From positions 520,958-584,957 of the forward strand of contig CAVQEQ010000003.1 in the NCBI GenBank assembly GCA_963711565.1: a DNA stretch of 64,000 nucleotides. The letters are read 5' to 3'. This DNA is from an uncultured delta proteobacterium (lineage in GTDB: Bacteria; Desulfobacterota; Binatia; Binatales; Binataceae). The notes under the pieces are model-generated. The model was not told the DNA's origin and made no database searches. It worked only from the letters and a program-made list of their open reading frames with translations. Below, one piece after another: positions 27,055-36,453 of the stretch; the stretch's first letter is position 1; the number at the start of each line of letters is the position of its first letter. The position numbers were made by a program, and so were the translations under genes.

Positions 27055-28185
27055 TTGGGAAGCTTGATCCTGGAAGCGGAAACGATTCGACCTCAGGGCG
27101 CGGTTGATCCGCGCACTGCGGCGTCCGCGGGGCGCGCGGTCACGCTCGACCCGCCGCCGGAGCGCATCCTGGTCAAGGAAGTCAACTGGCTCGGCGACGT
27201 TGTGATGAGTCTGCCCGCGCTGCGGGCGATTCGGCGCACGTGGCCGCGCGCGCGTCTCGCGGTGCTCGTCAAGCAGGAGCTCGCGAGCTTTTTCGACGGC
27301 GCGCGATGGATCGACGAGGTGATTCCGTATTCGGTTGGGCGCGGTCTCTCCGGGTTTTTCGATCGGCGCAGGATTGTCGGGGAAATCCGTTCGCGGCGTT
27401 TCGACCTTGGCATTTTGTTTCCCAACAGTTTCGAGTCGGCGTTGTGGCTCACGATGGCGGGAATCCGGCGGCGCGCCGGGTTTATCGCGGACGCGCGCGG
27501 CGCGATGCTGACGCTGAAGGCGACGCCGCCGTCCGACGCGGTCACGGGTCACCAGGTGAACTACTGGCTCGCGATGGTGCGCGCGACGGGCGTTGCTGAC
27601 GGCTCCGCCGACGATTTCGCAATCGACGTGCACCCTCCGCATCGCGAGCGGATGCGCGAATGGATCGCGGCGAATCGCAAGCGTCCCGGCCGTCGTGTTT
27701 TTGCGATCGCACCGGCGGCGGCGTACGGACCGGCCAAGGAATGGCCGGCGGAAAGCTACGGCACGCTGATCGATTTGCTCGCGCGGCGCGAGAACGCGGA
27801 GGTCGTGCTGGTCGGCGCGCCGTCGGAGTGCGCCAAATGCGAAGAAGTCGCGGCCGCGAGCAAAGCGGGCGCGATGATCGCCGCCGGACACACCAATATC
27901 GGCGAGCTGATCGCGCTGTTATCGCTATGCGACGGGTTTATCGGCAACGATTCAGGATGCATGCACCTGGCGGGAGCGCTTGGAATTCCAACCGTTGCGA
28001 TTTTCGGATCGACCAATCCGAATCGCACCGGACCGATGGGACCGAAGACCCGTGTGATTTACCGCAAGCTCGAATGCAGCCCATGCCTGGCGCGCACCTG
28101 CCGCTTCGGGCATTACAACTGCCTGACGCAAATCGAGCCGGCGGAGCTGGCCGACGCGATCGTCGCGATTAGGCCGCCGCATTGA
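27055..28185 (+). CDS. GT9-family ADP-heptose:LPS heptosyltransferase
   Basis: GT9 motifs ILVKEVNWLGDVVMSLPALRAI and C-terminal GNDSGCMHLAGALGIPTVAIFGSTNP. Start codon uncertain. Confidence 0.7.
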   Translation: MGSLILEAETIRPQGAVDPRTAASAGRAVTLDPPPERILVKEVNWLGDVVMSLPALRAIRRTWPRARLAVLVKQELASFFDGARWIDEVIPYSVGRGLSGFFDRRRIVGEIRSRRFDLGILFPNSFESALWLTMAGIRRRAGFIADARGAMLTLKATPPSDAVTGHQVNYWLAMVRATGVADGSADDFAIDVHPPHRERMREWIAANRKRPGRRVFAIAPAAAYGPAKEWPAESYGTLIDLLARRENAEVVLVGAPSECAKCEEVAAASKAGAMIAAGHTNIGELIALLSLCDGFIGNDSGCMHLAGALGIPTVAIFGSTNPNRTGPMGPKTRVIYRKLECSPCLARTCRFGHYNCLTQIEPAELADAIVAIRPPH

Positions 28186-28264
28186 ACGCTGGAACTGAAA
28201 TGATAGAAAGGCGCATCCCGGCTGGAAACCGTCCGGCCCGCGAAACTCGAAGGGAGGAACTTCG

Positions 28265-28774
28265 ATGAAGAAACTGGTGATAATGGGTGCGCTTGTGGGC
28301 GCGATTGCTCTGTTTGTTTTCGCGCAACAGTCGAACGCGAAAGAAAGCGACGAAGCTCAAATCCGGGCGATGGAAGCGGCGATGATAGAGGCTTACGCGG
28401 CGAAGGACCTGGACCACGCGCTCGCCGGATACGCTCAGGACGAGACCCTGTTCGTCTTCGACGCGATTCCGCCGCGGCAATACGTCGGCATCAAGGCATG
28501 GCGCGCGGACAATGAAGGCTTCCTCGCGCTGTTCCAGGGACCCGTCAAGGCGGAAATGTCCGACCTTGGCGTCACTACCAACGGCAAGCTGGGCTTCGGG
28601 CACAACATCCAGCACTTCAGCGGCACGGGCAAAGACGGCAAACCGATCGACCTGACCCTTCGAGTGAGCGACGGCTACAAGAAGATCAACGGGAAGTGGA
28701 TGATCGTCGAGGAGCACATATCGTTCCCGGTCGATATCACGACCGGAAAGGCGGACTTTAGTTCGAAGCCGTAG
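28265..28774 (+). CDS. Secreted SnoaL-like/NTF2-fold (DUF4440-like) protein
   Basis: Signal peptide MKKLVIMGALVGAIALFVFA. The ~140-aa body has the NTF2-like pattern (IRAMEAAMIEAYAAKD... KINGKWMIVEEH). Confidence 0.5.
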   Translation: MKKLVIMGALVGAIALFVFAQQSNAKESDEAQIRAMEAAMIEAYAAKDLDHALAGYAQDETLFVFDAIPPRQYVGIKAWRADNEGFLALFQGPVKAEMSDLGVTTNGKLGFGHNIQHFSGTGKDGKPIDLTLRVSDGYKKINGKWMIVEEHISFPVDITTGKADFSSKP

Positions 28775-28794
28775 CGGAAATTCAAGGCGTCAAG

Positions 28795-29814
28795 ATGAAA
28801 CTCAAGGAACTCGCATCGAAGCTGGGACTCGAAATTCGCGGTGACGGCGGCGTGGAGATTTTCGCGCCGGCGCCGATCGAGGCCGCCGGTCCCGGCATGA
28901 TCGTATTTGTCGCGGGGGCGAAGTACGCGCCCGCGCTGCAATCCAGCGTCTCGGCAGCCATCACGACCGCGGAACTGGCTGCGGGCGCGAAGTGCGCGAC
29001 GTTGATCAGCGCGAATCCATACGCGGACTTTGCGCGCGTGCTCGCGATTTTTTTTCCGCCGTACCGGCCGGCACAGGGAATCGATCCGCGTGCTTCGATC
29101 GCGCCCGACGCCACGATCGGTGCGAACGCGTCGATTGGCGCGTCGGCGGTGATCGGTGAGGGCGTGTCCATTGGGCGCGACGCGGTGATTCATCCGAACG
29201 TGACGATTTACCCCAACGTGCGCATCGGCGATCGCTTCACCGCGCACAGCGGCGTGTCGATTCGCGAGGGCTCGGTGATTGGAAATCGCGTGACGCTGTT
29301 GAACGGCGCGGTGATCGGCGCCGACGGATTCGGGTTCGTCGAGGAAAAGGGCGACCTGATCAAAATTCCGCAAGTGGGCAGCGTCATCATAGAAGATGAT
29401 GTGGAGATTGGCGCGAATTCGACGGTCGATCGCGCGATGATGGGCGCGACGGTGCTGCATCGCGGCGTGAAACTCGACGACCAGGTGCATATTGGGCACA
29501 ACTGCGAAATCGGCGAGTACTCGCGCTTCTCGGGGCACACCGGAATCTCGGGCTCGACGCGAATCGGCAAATGGTGCCTGTTCGGCGGACAGGTGGGATG
29601 CGCCGACCACGTGACGATCGGCGACCGCGTGATGGTGGTCGCGAAGGCCGGTATCCACAACGACCTGAAGGACGACGCGATCGTCTCGGGCATCCCGGCG
29701 GTGGACGTGCGCAAGTTCCGCCGCTACGCCGTAGTGCTGACGCGGCTGCCGGAGATTATTCGGCGCGTGCGTGCGCTGGAACATCGCGCCGGTATCGACA
29801 ACCGCGAAGCGTAA
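28795..29814 (+). CDS. lpxD: UDP-3-O-acylglucosamine N-acyltransferase
   Basis: N-terminal MKLKELASKLGLEIRGDG. A long left-handed beta-helix of hexapeptide repeats. Conserved GxxxHxGxG catalytic region. Confidence 0.85.
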   Translation: MKLKELASKLGLEIRGDGGVEIFAPAPIEAAGPGMIVFVAGAKYAPALQSSVSAAITTAELAAGAKCATLISANPYADFARVLAIFFPPYRPAQGIDPRASIAPDATIGANASIGASAVIGEGVSIGRDAVIHPNVTIYPNVRIGDRFTAHSGVSIREGSVIGNRVTLLNGAVIGADGFGFVEEKGDLIKIPQVGSVIIEDDVEIGANSTVDRAMMGATVLHRGVKLDDQVHIGHNCEIGEYSRFSGHTGISGSTRIGKWCLFGGQVGCADHVTIGDRVMVVAKAGIHNDLKDDAIVSGIPAVDVRKFRRYAVVLTRLPEIIRRVRALEHRAGIDNREA

Positions 29815-29827
29815 GCTCTGGTCTCCA

Positions 29828-30754
29828 GTGCCAGCGCTGACGTTCACGCTTCGGCCACGGCCGCCGTTCCGTCTCGACTTGACCGTATGGGCAATCCGTC
29901 GGCGGCCGCATAACGTCGTCGATCGATTCGACGACGGCGTCTGGCGCCGAGTGTTGGTTATCGGCAAGTCGCCGGTGGCTGTCGCAGTCACACAGACTCG
30001 GCGCGGCTCGCGTCCGGAAATCGAAGTACGGATTTCAGCGGCACGTCCGCAAGCGGTGAAGGCAGAAGTCACTGCGATCGTGACGAGGATGCTCGGACTC
30101 GAACGTGACCTGTCGGACTTTTACCGGCTCGCGCGCAGTGATGCGCGTCTGCGGGAGCTGGCCGAGCGTTTGCGAGGAATGAAACCCGTGCGCTACGCGA
30201 CGGTGTTCGAAGCGTTCGCGAATGCCGTAGCATGCCAGCTCGTGTCGCTGAGCGCGGGAATGCATGTGCTGAATCGGATAGCGGGAGCGTTCGGAGCGCT
30301 CGGCAAGATCAAAAGCGCGGCGCCGATGCGATCGTTCCCGGCCGCGGCCGCGATTGTACGCTCGAATCCTGAAGCGCTGCGCACGCTGGGGCTCAGTATG
30401 CAGAAGGGGGAATACCTAATCGGCCTCGCGCGGCTGGCGATCGATCCGAAGGATCGCGACTTCGCGTCGATCGAGCGGCTCGCGGACGGCGACGCAATCG
30501 CGCGCCTTTCGACGATTCGCGGGGTTGGACGCTGGACCGCGGAATACGTGATGCTGCGCGGCTTCGGCCGCATCAACATTTTCCCCGGCGACAACGTCGG
30601 CGGGCGCAACAAACTCTTCGAGTGGCTCGGCGAGGACGGCGAGCCGACCTACGCCGGCGTGGCCGCGATGCTCAAGCGGTGGCATCCGTACGGCGGACTC
30701 ATCTATCTTCATTTGATTGTGAATGCAGTCGCCGACGCCGGTTTTCTCGCGTGA
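29828..30754 (+). CDS. DNA-3-methyladenine glycosylase II (AlkA/HhH-GPD family)
   Basis: HhH-GPD motif LSTIRGVGRWTAEYVMLRGFGRINIFPGDNVG with catalytic Asp. AlkA_N-like N-terminus. GTG start placed after the lpxD stop. Confidence 0.7.
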   Translation: MPALTFTLRPRPPFRLDLTVWAIRRRPHNVVDRFDDGVWRRVLVIGKSPVAVAVTQTRRGSRPEIEVRISAARPQAVKAEVTAIVTRMLGLERDLSDFYRLARSDARLRELAERLRGMKPVRYATVFEAFANAVACQLVSLSAGMHVLNRIAGAFGALGKIKSAAPMRSFPAAAAIVRSNPEALRTLGLSMQKGEYLIGLARLAIDPKDRDFASIERLADGDAIARLSTIRGVGRWTAEYVMLRGFGRINIFPGDNVGGRNKLFEWLGEDGEPTYAGVAAMLKRWHPYGGLIYLHLIVNAVADAGFLA

Positions 30755-30808
30755 TCGGGCCCGGGAAATTCCGAATCGCGAACTTTATGCTCTGCGAGGA
30801 GAAATGAG

Positions 30809-31210
30809 ATGGAGAAAAAGTACATCAATCCGGATACGCTGATGACGCCGCGCGGTTTTACGCAAGTCGTGACGGTCGCGGGGGCGTCGAAGCTGGTATT
30901 TATTTCGGGCCAGGTCGCGGTCGATAAGAAAGGCAAGCTGGTCGGGCCGGGCGACCTGAAGGCGCAGATTCGGCAGGCAGCGAGCAATCTGAAAGCCGCG
31001 CTGACCGCTGCAGGAGCCACCGCCGCGGACATCGTAAAAACCAATACTTACATCGTCAACTACAAGCAGTCCGACTATTCCGCGATGCGCGAGGCGCGCG
31101 CCGAGTTGTTTCCGGAAGGCGAGCCGCCGGCCTCGACGATGGTGGGCGTAACCTCGCTCGCAATCGACGGGCTGATGGTCGAGATGGAAGCGATCGCCGC
31201 GGTGAAGTGA
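30809..31210 (+). CDS. RidA/YjgF-family enamine/imine deaminase
   Basis: 133 aa with YjgF signature VFISGQVAVDKKGKLVG...ASTMVGVTSLAIDGLMVEMEAIAAV. Confidence 0.8.
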   Translation: MEKKYINPDTLMTPRGFTQVVTVAGASKLVFISGQVAVDKKGKLVGPGDLKAQIRQAASNLKAALTAAGATAADIVKTNTYIVNYKQSDYSAMREARAELFPEGEPPASTMVGVTSLAIDGLMVEMEAIAAVK

Positions 31211-31421
31211 GCAACTGAGCGAGCCGGTCGAGTCCTGAGCCGCCCTGCCGCTGCAGTCCGGGGGCTGAAAATAGCCCCCGACCGTCCTCATGTTATAATT
31301 TCTTACAATTTGATTCATTCGTGCGGTCATAGTAGACAGTAGTGTTCGTCGGCAAAGTTGCCGGCGGCGGCAAGCTCGATCCGCGTGGTCCAGCTATCCG
31401 CAAATGACGGAGGAAATTATA

Positions 31422-32732
31422 ATGGAAGCAGAAGTGCAACCGCTCGTGGCGCCTCGCCGGGGGATGGGGACGATGACCAGTATCGAGGAACAATATCGCG
31501 GCGTGACCGAAAAATCGGCGCAACTCGCCAAACGCGCCGAGCGCGTGATGCCCGGCGGTGACACGCGTACGACCACCAACTACAAGCCCTACCCGCTGAC
31601 GCTCGAGCGCGGCGAAGGTCCGTTTTTGTGGGACGTTGACGGCAACAGGTACATCGACCTCCTTGGCAACTACACCAGCCTGGTGCATGGCAACGCCTAT
31701 CCGCCGATCGTCGCGGCTGCGACCAAGGCGGTGCGTGACGGCAGCTCGTGGCCGGCGCGATCGGTGGCGCAGACCGAGCTGGCGGCGCTGTTGTGCGAGC
31801 GCGTCGAGTCGGTCGAGCGTGTGCGATTCTGTAATTCAGGGACAGAGGCCGGGATGCTCGCGGCGCAAGTCGCGCGGCGCCTCACCGGCCGCAAGCTCAT
31901 CTTGATGGCGCGCTACGGCTACCATGGATCGTACGACGACTTGGAAGTCGGGCTGGCCGGCCAGGACGGCGAGCGCACGATGCTCGCGGACTTCGGCGAG
32001 GCGACGGCGTTCGAGGCGTTGCTGTCGGAGCGCGGCGCGGAAATCGCGGCGGTGTTTCTGGAGCCGGTGCTCGGCTCGGCGGGAGTCGTGGAGCCGCCGG
32101 CGGGATTTCTCGAGCGCGTGGCTGAAGCGACGCGACGCGCGGGCGCGATGTTCGTTGTCGATGAAGTGATCACGCTGAGGCTGGCCGAAGGCGGCGGGCA
32201 GCAGATTTTCGAGGTCAAGCCGGACCTGACGATGTTCGGAAAGATCATCGGCGGCGGATTCCCGGTCGGCGCAATCGGCGGCAGCGAAGACGTGATGTCG
32301 GCATTCGATCCGCGCAATCGCGGATCGATTTTTCATTCGGGCACGTTCAACGGCAATCCTGTAACCTGCGCGGCGGGCGCCGTTTCGATCCGCGAGCTGA
32401 CGCAGGCGCGAATCGACAAGATGGCCAAGCAGGGTGAGCGGCTGGCGGCCGAGCTGGCGCGCGCGGCGCGGCAAGTGGATCTGCCGTTTTCCGTGCGGCA
32501 TTGCGGATCGCTGCTGAACGTATTTTTTCTCAAGGAGCCGCCGGCCCCGACGATCGCGCGCGAGGACGCCCGCGCAATCTCCAATTTCCATCTGGCAGCG
32601 CTCAATCAGGGTTTGTTTCTCGCGCCACGCGGGATGATCGCGCTCTCGACGGTGATCACCGACGAAGTGCTGAGCGAGATTTGCGAGCGCACCGCGAAAG
32701 CGATGGCCGACGTTGCGCAAGCCGGCGAATAG
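31422..32732 (+). CDS. Class-III (PLP-dependent) aminotransferase, glutamate-1-semialdehyde aminomutase-like
   Basis: PLP-lysine region DLTMFGKIIGGGFPVGAIGG. FDEVIT and GTFNGNP motifs. GGAGGA RBS 8 nt upstream of the ATG at 31422. Confidence 0.75.
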   Translation: MEAEVQPLVAPRRGMGTMTSIEEQYRGVTEKSAQLAKRAERVMPGGDTRTTTNYKPYPLTLERGEGPFLWDVDGNRYIDLLGNYTSLVHGNAYPPIVAAATKAVRDGSSWPARSVAQTELAALLCERVESVERVRFCNSGTEAGMLAAQVARRLTGRKLILMARYGYHGSYDDLEVGLAGQDGERTMLADFGEATAFEALLSERGAEIAAVFLEPVLGSAGVVEPPAGFLERVAEATRRAGAMFVVDEVITLRLAEGGGQQIFEVKPDLTMFGKIIGGGFPVGAIGGSEDVMSAFDPRNRGSIFHSGTFNGNPVTCAAGAVSIRELTQARIDKMAKQGERLAAELARAARQVDLPFSVRHCGSLLNVFFLKEPPAPTIAREDARAISNFHLAALNQGLFLAPRGMIALSTVITDEVLSEICERTAKAMADVAQAGE

Positions 32733-32763
32733 CGCAGCTTCAGCACATAACTTTTCTTAAACG

Positions 32764-32812
32764 ACAGGAACTCGCGTTACCATCAACGCCGGTTCCTGTT
32801 TTTCGTTTCTGT
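32764..32812 (+). terminator. Rho-independent terminator after the aminotransferase gene
   Basis: acaggaac...gttcctgt stem followed by tttttcgtttctgttt. Confidence 0.6.
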
Positions 32813-32971
32813 TTATAGCCGCGACTCACAATTGAATCGCGCGCGTCACATTGAATTGATCGCGCCGAAAAAACTCCTTCATCGCGCCGTCAAACTCCCC
32901 GGCTAAGGTTGCGCATCTCGCGGATCGAATTCGTCCGTACGCAAACCAACATGCCAGGGAGGAACAGGACA

Positions 32972-34597
32972 ATGCGAAAAAGAACTGCGCGATGTCTCGC
33001 GCTTGGCCTCGTGGGACTGCTGATTCAACAAGGCTCGGTCTCTGCCTTCGGGCCGCCGCCGCCCGAAGGGCCGCCCACGGCGACGCCGATCAAGCATCTG
33101 GTCGTTATCTTTCCAGAGAACATCTCGTTCGATCACTACTTCGCGACTTATCCGAACGCCGCCAACCCAGCCGGCGAGCCACCGTTCTACGCGCAGCCGG
33201 GCACGCCGAACGTCAACGGGCTCGGCGGCGCGCTGCTGACGAGCAACCCTAATTTTCTGAACACCGCGAACATCGACGGCAGCAACCTCAATCCGTTTCG
33301 GCTCGATCGCAGCCAAGCCGCCACCGCAGACCAGGATCACAGCTACACCCCGGAACAGGAGGCGTTCGACCACGGCCTGATGGATCTGTTCCCACTCTCG
33401 GTTGGGGTCAAAGGCACGCCGCCGTTTCCACCGCCGTCGGGCGTCGAAACCAAGGGCCTGACGATGGGCTACTACGACGGCAACACCGTCACGGCGCTGT
33501 GGAATTACGCGCAGCGCTTCGCGATGAGCGATAATTCCTACGACACGGTGTTCGGGCCGTCAACGCCCGGCGCGCTCAACCTCGTTTCCGGGCAGACTAA
33601 CGGCGCCGTCCTGTCGGCGGGCAGCCCCAGCACGGTCTCGAACTCCGACGGCTCCCTCACCCTGACCGGCGACGCCGATCCGGCGGGCGATGTCTGCTCA
33701 ACGTCGAGCAACCAGGTTTCGATGACCGGGCCGAACATCGGAGAAGTGCTAACAACCGCGAAAATCACGTGGGGATGGTTCCACGGTGGATTCAATCTGT
33801 CACTGACCAATTCCAATGGAACCAATGGTTGCAACCGCAGCACCACCTCGGCGGTGACGGGAGTGACGGAAAACGACTACATCCAGCATCACCAGCCATT
33901 CCAGTTCTACTCGAGCACGCAGAACCTGACTCATGCGCGGCCCACGTCGATCGCGAATATCGGACAGACCGACGCGGCCAATCATCAGTACGACTCTGAC
34001 GACTTCTTTGCCACGCTCAAGGAGAACAACCTGCCCGCCGTCAGCTTCATCAAGCCGCCCGGTTTCGAAGAGGGTCATGCGGGATATTCCGACCCGCTCG
34101 ACGAGCAGACTTTTATCGTGACCGTGCTTAACGCGCTCCAGCAGTCGCCCGAGTGGAATTCCACCGCGGTAGTGATCTCGTGGGATGATTCGGACGGGTG
34201 GTACGATCACCAGATGTCGCCGATCCTCAATCAGTCGGCAAGCAGCATGGACGCGCTGACCGGCACAGGACTTTGCGGTACCGGTGCGGCCTCGCTGGCG
34301 GGCGTCAATCCCACCGCGCTCCCGCATGCGCAGGGCCGCTGCGGCTTCGGGCCGCGCCTGCCGTTCCTGGTGATCTCGCCGTACTCGCGCCCCAACTTTG
34401 TCGATCACACGTTGACCAACCAGGCCTCTGTCATTCGCTTTATCGAGGATAATTGGCTGGGCGGGACGCGGCTCGGTGACGGCTCCTTCGACGCGATCTC
34501 GAACTCGATCACCTCGATGATGGACTTCGATCACGGGCCGCAAAGCTTCCCGCTGATCCTGGATACATCGACCGGCGAGCCAAAGTTCTCTTACTAG
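32972..34597 (+). CDS. Secreted phosphoesterase-family protein (phospholipase C / AcpA acid phosphatase type)
   Basis: Signal peptide MRKRTARCLALGLVGLL. Hallmark N-terminal motif IKHLVVIFPENISFDHYFATYP. C-terminal PRLPFLVISPYSR. GGGAGGA RBS upstream. Confidence 0.75.
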   Translation: MRKRTARCLALGLVGLLIQQGSVSAFGPPPPEGPPTATPIKHLVVIFPENISFDHYFATYPNAANPAGEPPFYAQPGTPNVNGLGGALLTSNPNFLNTANIDGSNLNPFRLDRSQAATADQDHSYTPEQEAFDHGLMDLFPLSVGVKGTPPFPPPSGVETKGLTMGYYDGNTVTALWNYAQRFAMSDNSYDTVFGPSTPGALNLVSGQTNGAVLSAGSPSTVSNSDGSLTLTGDADPAGDVCSTSSNQVSMTGPNIGEVLTTAKITWGWFHGGFNLSLTNSNGTNGCNRSTTSAVTGVTENDYIQHHQPFQFYSSTQNLTHARPTSIANIGQTDAANHQYDSDDFFATLKENNLPAVSFIKPPGFEEGHAGYSDPLDEQTFIVTVLNALQQSPEWNSTAVVISWDDSDGWYDHQMSPILNQSASSMDALTGTGLCGTGAASLAGVNPTALPHAQGRCGFGPRLPFLVISPYSRPNFVDHTLTNQASVIRFIEDNWLGGTRLGDGSFDAISNSITSMMDFDHGPQSFPLILDTSTGEPKFSY

Positions 34598-34690
34598 GCC
34601 CGGCCGGCGGCTTCAAAGTTGCGGCAGACGGGCACGCGCTCTTCACGGGCGCGTGCCCGTCATATTGCAAATGACAGAGATGAGGTAGGG

Positions 34691-36352
34691 GTGCCGATCA
34701 CACGACGGGAGTTTCTGAAAAATAGCGGGCTGCTTGGAGTTGCGCTGACGGCCGCGTCAATGCGCGCATTCATACGGCCGGCGCCGAAATTTCGTCCTAC
34801 GCTCAACACCGACTCGCTCGCGCGGTTCGTTGATCTGTTACCGATTCCTTCGATTGCGCACTCGATCGGACGCCGCAAAGCCCCGACCGGCGCCGACGTC
34901 CCGTTCTACCGAATTGAGATGCGCGCATGCGAGAGCCGGTTGCATCGCGATCTTAATCCGACCCAGATGTGGGGTTACGGCTCGACCTTTCCGGGCCCGA
35001 CCTTCGAGACGAAGAGTGGCGAGGGCATCCTCGTCGAATGGATCAACGCGCTGCCGAACGCGCACGTCTTTCCGATCGATCACAAACTTCACGGCGCGGA
35101 ACGAAACCTCCCGGAAGTGCGAACCGTCGTTCACGTTCATGGCGCGAAGACCCCGCCCGACAGCGACGGCTACCCCGAGAGCTGGTATCCATCCGGCAAA
35201 TCCGCCCTCGCCTGGTATCCGAACCGGCAGGACGCCGCGATGCTCTGGTATCACGATCATGCGATGGGGATTAACCGGCTGAACATCTACGCCGGGCTGG
35301 CCGGACTGTTCATCGTGCGCGACGACGCCGAAGCCGCGCTGAATCTTCCGTCGGGAAAATTCGAAATCCCGCTGGTACTGTGCGACCGTCTGCTTGACCG
35401 CGACCATCAGCTCTACTACCCGGACTCGGGAATTCCCGGCGCGCCATGGATTCCCGAGGTCTATGGCAACGTCATTCTGGCCAACGGCAAGATCTTTCCC
35501 TACCTTGATGTGGAGCCGCGGATGTACCGCGTTCGCGTGCTCAACGCCGCGAATTCGCGATTTTTTTCGTTGTCGCTCGGCAGCGGTGGGTCCTTTCATC
35601 AAATCGGAACCGACCTGGGATTGCTGCCGGCGCCGGTCGAACTGAAAAGCCTGCTGCTCTATCCTGCCGAACGCGCGGATCTCATCTTCGATTTCAGCGG
35701 TCACGCCGGCGAGCGAATCGAGCTGAAACATCAGGCGATGGAGGTGATGCAGTTCCGGGTCGCCGACGAACCGGCGAAGGAGACGGGCGTCATGCCGGCG
35801 AGGATGCGGCCGGTCGCGAAGCTCGCCGAGTCGGCCGCCGTCACGACGCGGATGCTGACGCTGGTCGAGTATGACGACTACGTCGGAAACTCGATGGTGA
35901 TGCTGCTAAACGGATCGCATTGGAGCGATCCGGTTACCGAGCAACCGATCCTCGACTCGGTGGAAATCTGGAACCTCATCAACCTCACCGAGGACGCACA
36001 TCCAATTCATCTGCACCTGGTTCGCTTTCAAATTCTCGACCGCCGGCCGTTCGACGTATTCGCCTATCAGCAGAATCGAACGATCCGCTATCTCGGTCCC
36101 GCCACGCCGCCCGATCCGAACGAAGCGGGCTGGAAGGACACCGTCCGCGCCGATCCCGGACTGGTTACGCGAATCATCGCCCGGTTCGAGGGCTTCGCCG
36201 GCCGCTACGTCTGGCATTGCCACCTGCTCGAGCACGAGGACAACGAGATGATGCGCCCATACGAGGTCGTCACATCGGCGTCCGAGCGGGTTGCGGCAAT
36301 CACGGCGCAGGAAGCTTCGTGGTGCATCGGCGGCAACATCGTGCGGCGCTGA
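34691..36352 (+). CDS. Tat-exported multicopper oxidase (laccase/CotA-like)
   Basis: Twin-arginine signal TRREFLKNSGLLGVALTAA. Four copper-ligand motifs HVHG, WYHDHAMG, HPIHLHL and HCHLLEHEDNEMM. GTG start after an RBS. Confidence 0.85.
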   Translation: MPITRREFLKNSGLLGVALTAASMRAFIRPAPKFRPTLNTDSLARFVDLLPIPSIAHSIGRRKAPTGADVPFYRIEMRACESRLHRDLNPTQMWGYGSTFPGPTFETKSGEGILVEWINALPNAHVFPIDHKLHGAERNLPEVRTVVHVHGAKTPPDSDGYPESWYPSGKSALAWYPNRQDAAMLWYHDHAMGINRLNIYAGLAGLFIVRDDAEAALNLPSGKFEIPLVLCDRLLDRDHQLYYPDSGIPGAPWIPEVYGNVILANGKIFPYLDVEPRMYRVRVLNAANSRFFSLSLGSGGSFHQIGTDLGLLPAPVELKSLLLYPAERADLIFDFSGHAGERIELKHQAMEVMQFRVADEPAKETGVMPARMRPVAKLAESAAVTTRMLTLVEYDDYVGNSMVMLLNGSHWSDPVTEQPILDSVEIWNLINLTEDAHPIHLHLVRFQILDRRPFDVFAYQQNRTIRYLGPATPPDPNEAGWKDTVRADPGLVTRIIARFEGFAGRYVWHCHLLEHEDNEMMRPYEVVTSASERVAAITAQEASWCIGGNIVRR

Positions 36353-36453
36353 CCAGATCACAGTCCTGCAACACAATCCTGATGTGCCCGTAAGCTGCGC
36401 GGCGTATATCTGCCGTTCGCAAAAGCCAGAAAGACTCGGAGAGGGAGAACGCC

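Noticed and set aside
28675-30072. 465-aa ORF antisense to lpxD/alkA
   Set aside because: It spans two well-supported plus-strand genes, and its product is Arg/His-rich with no domain.
31211-31421. Sigma70 promoter (ttgatt ... tagaca) upstream of the aminotransferase
   Set aside because: The spacing and -10 match are weak. An AT-rich stretch is present, but a confident promoter call is not supportable from sequence alone.
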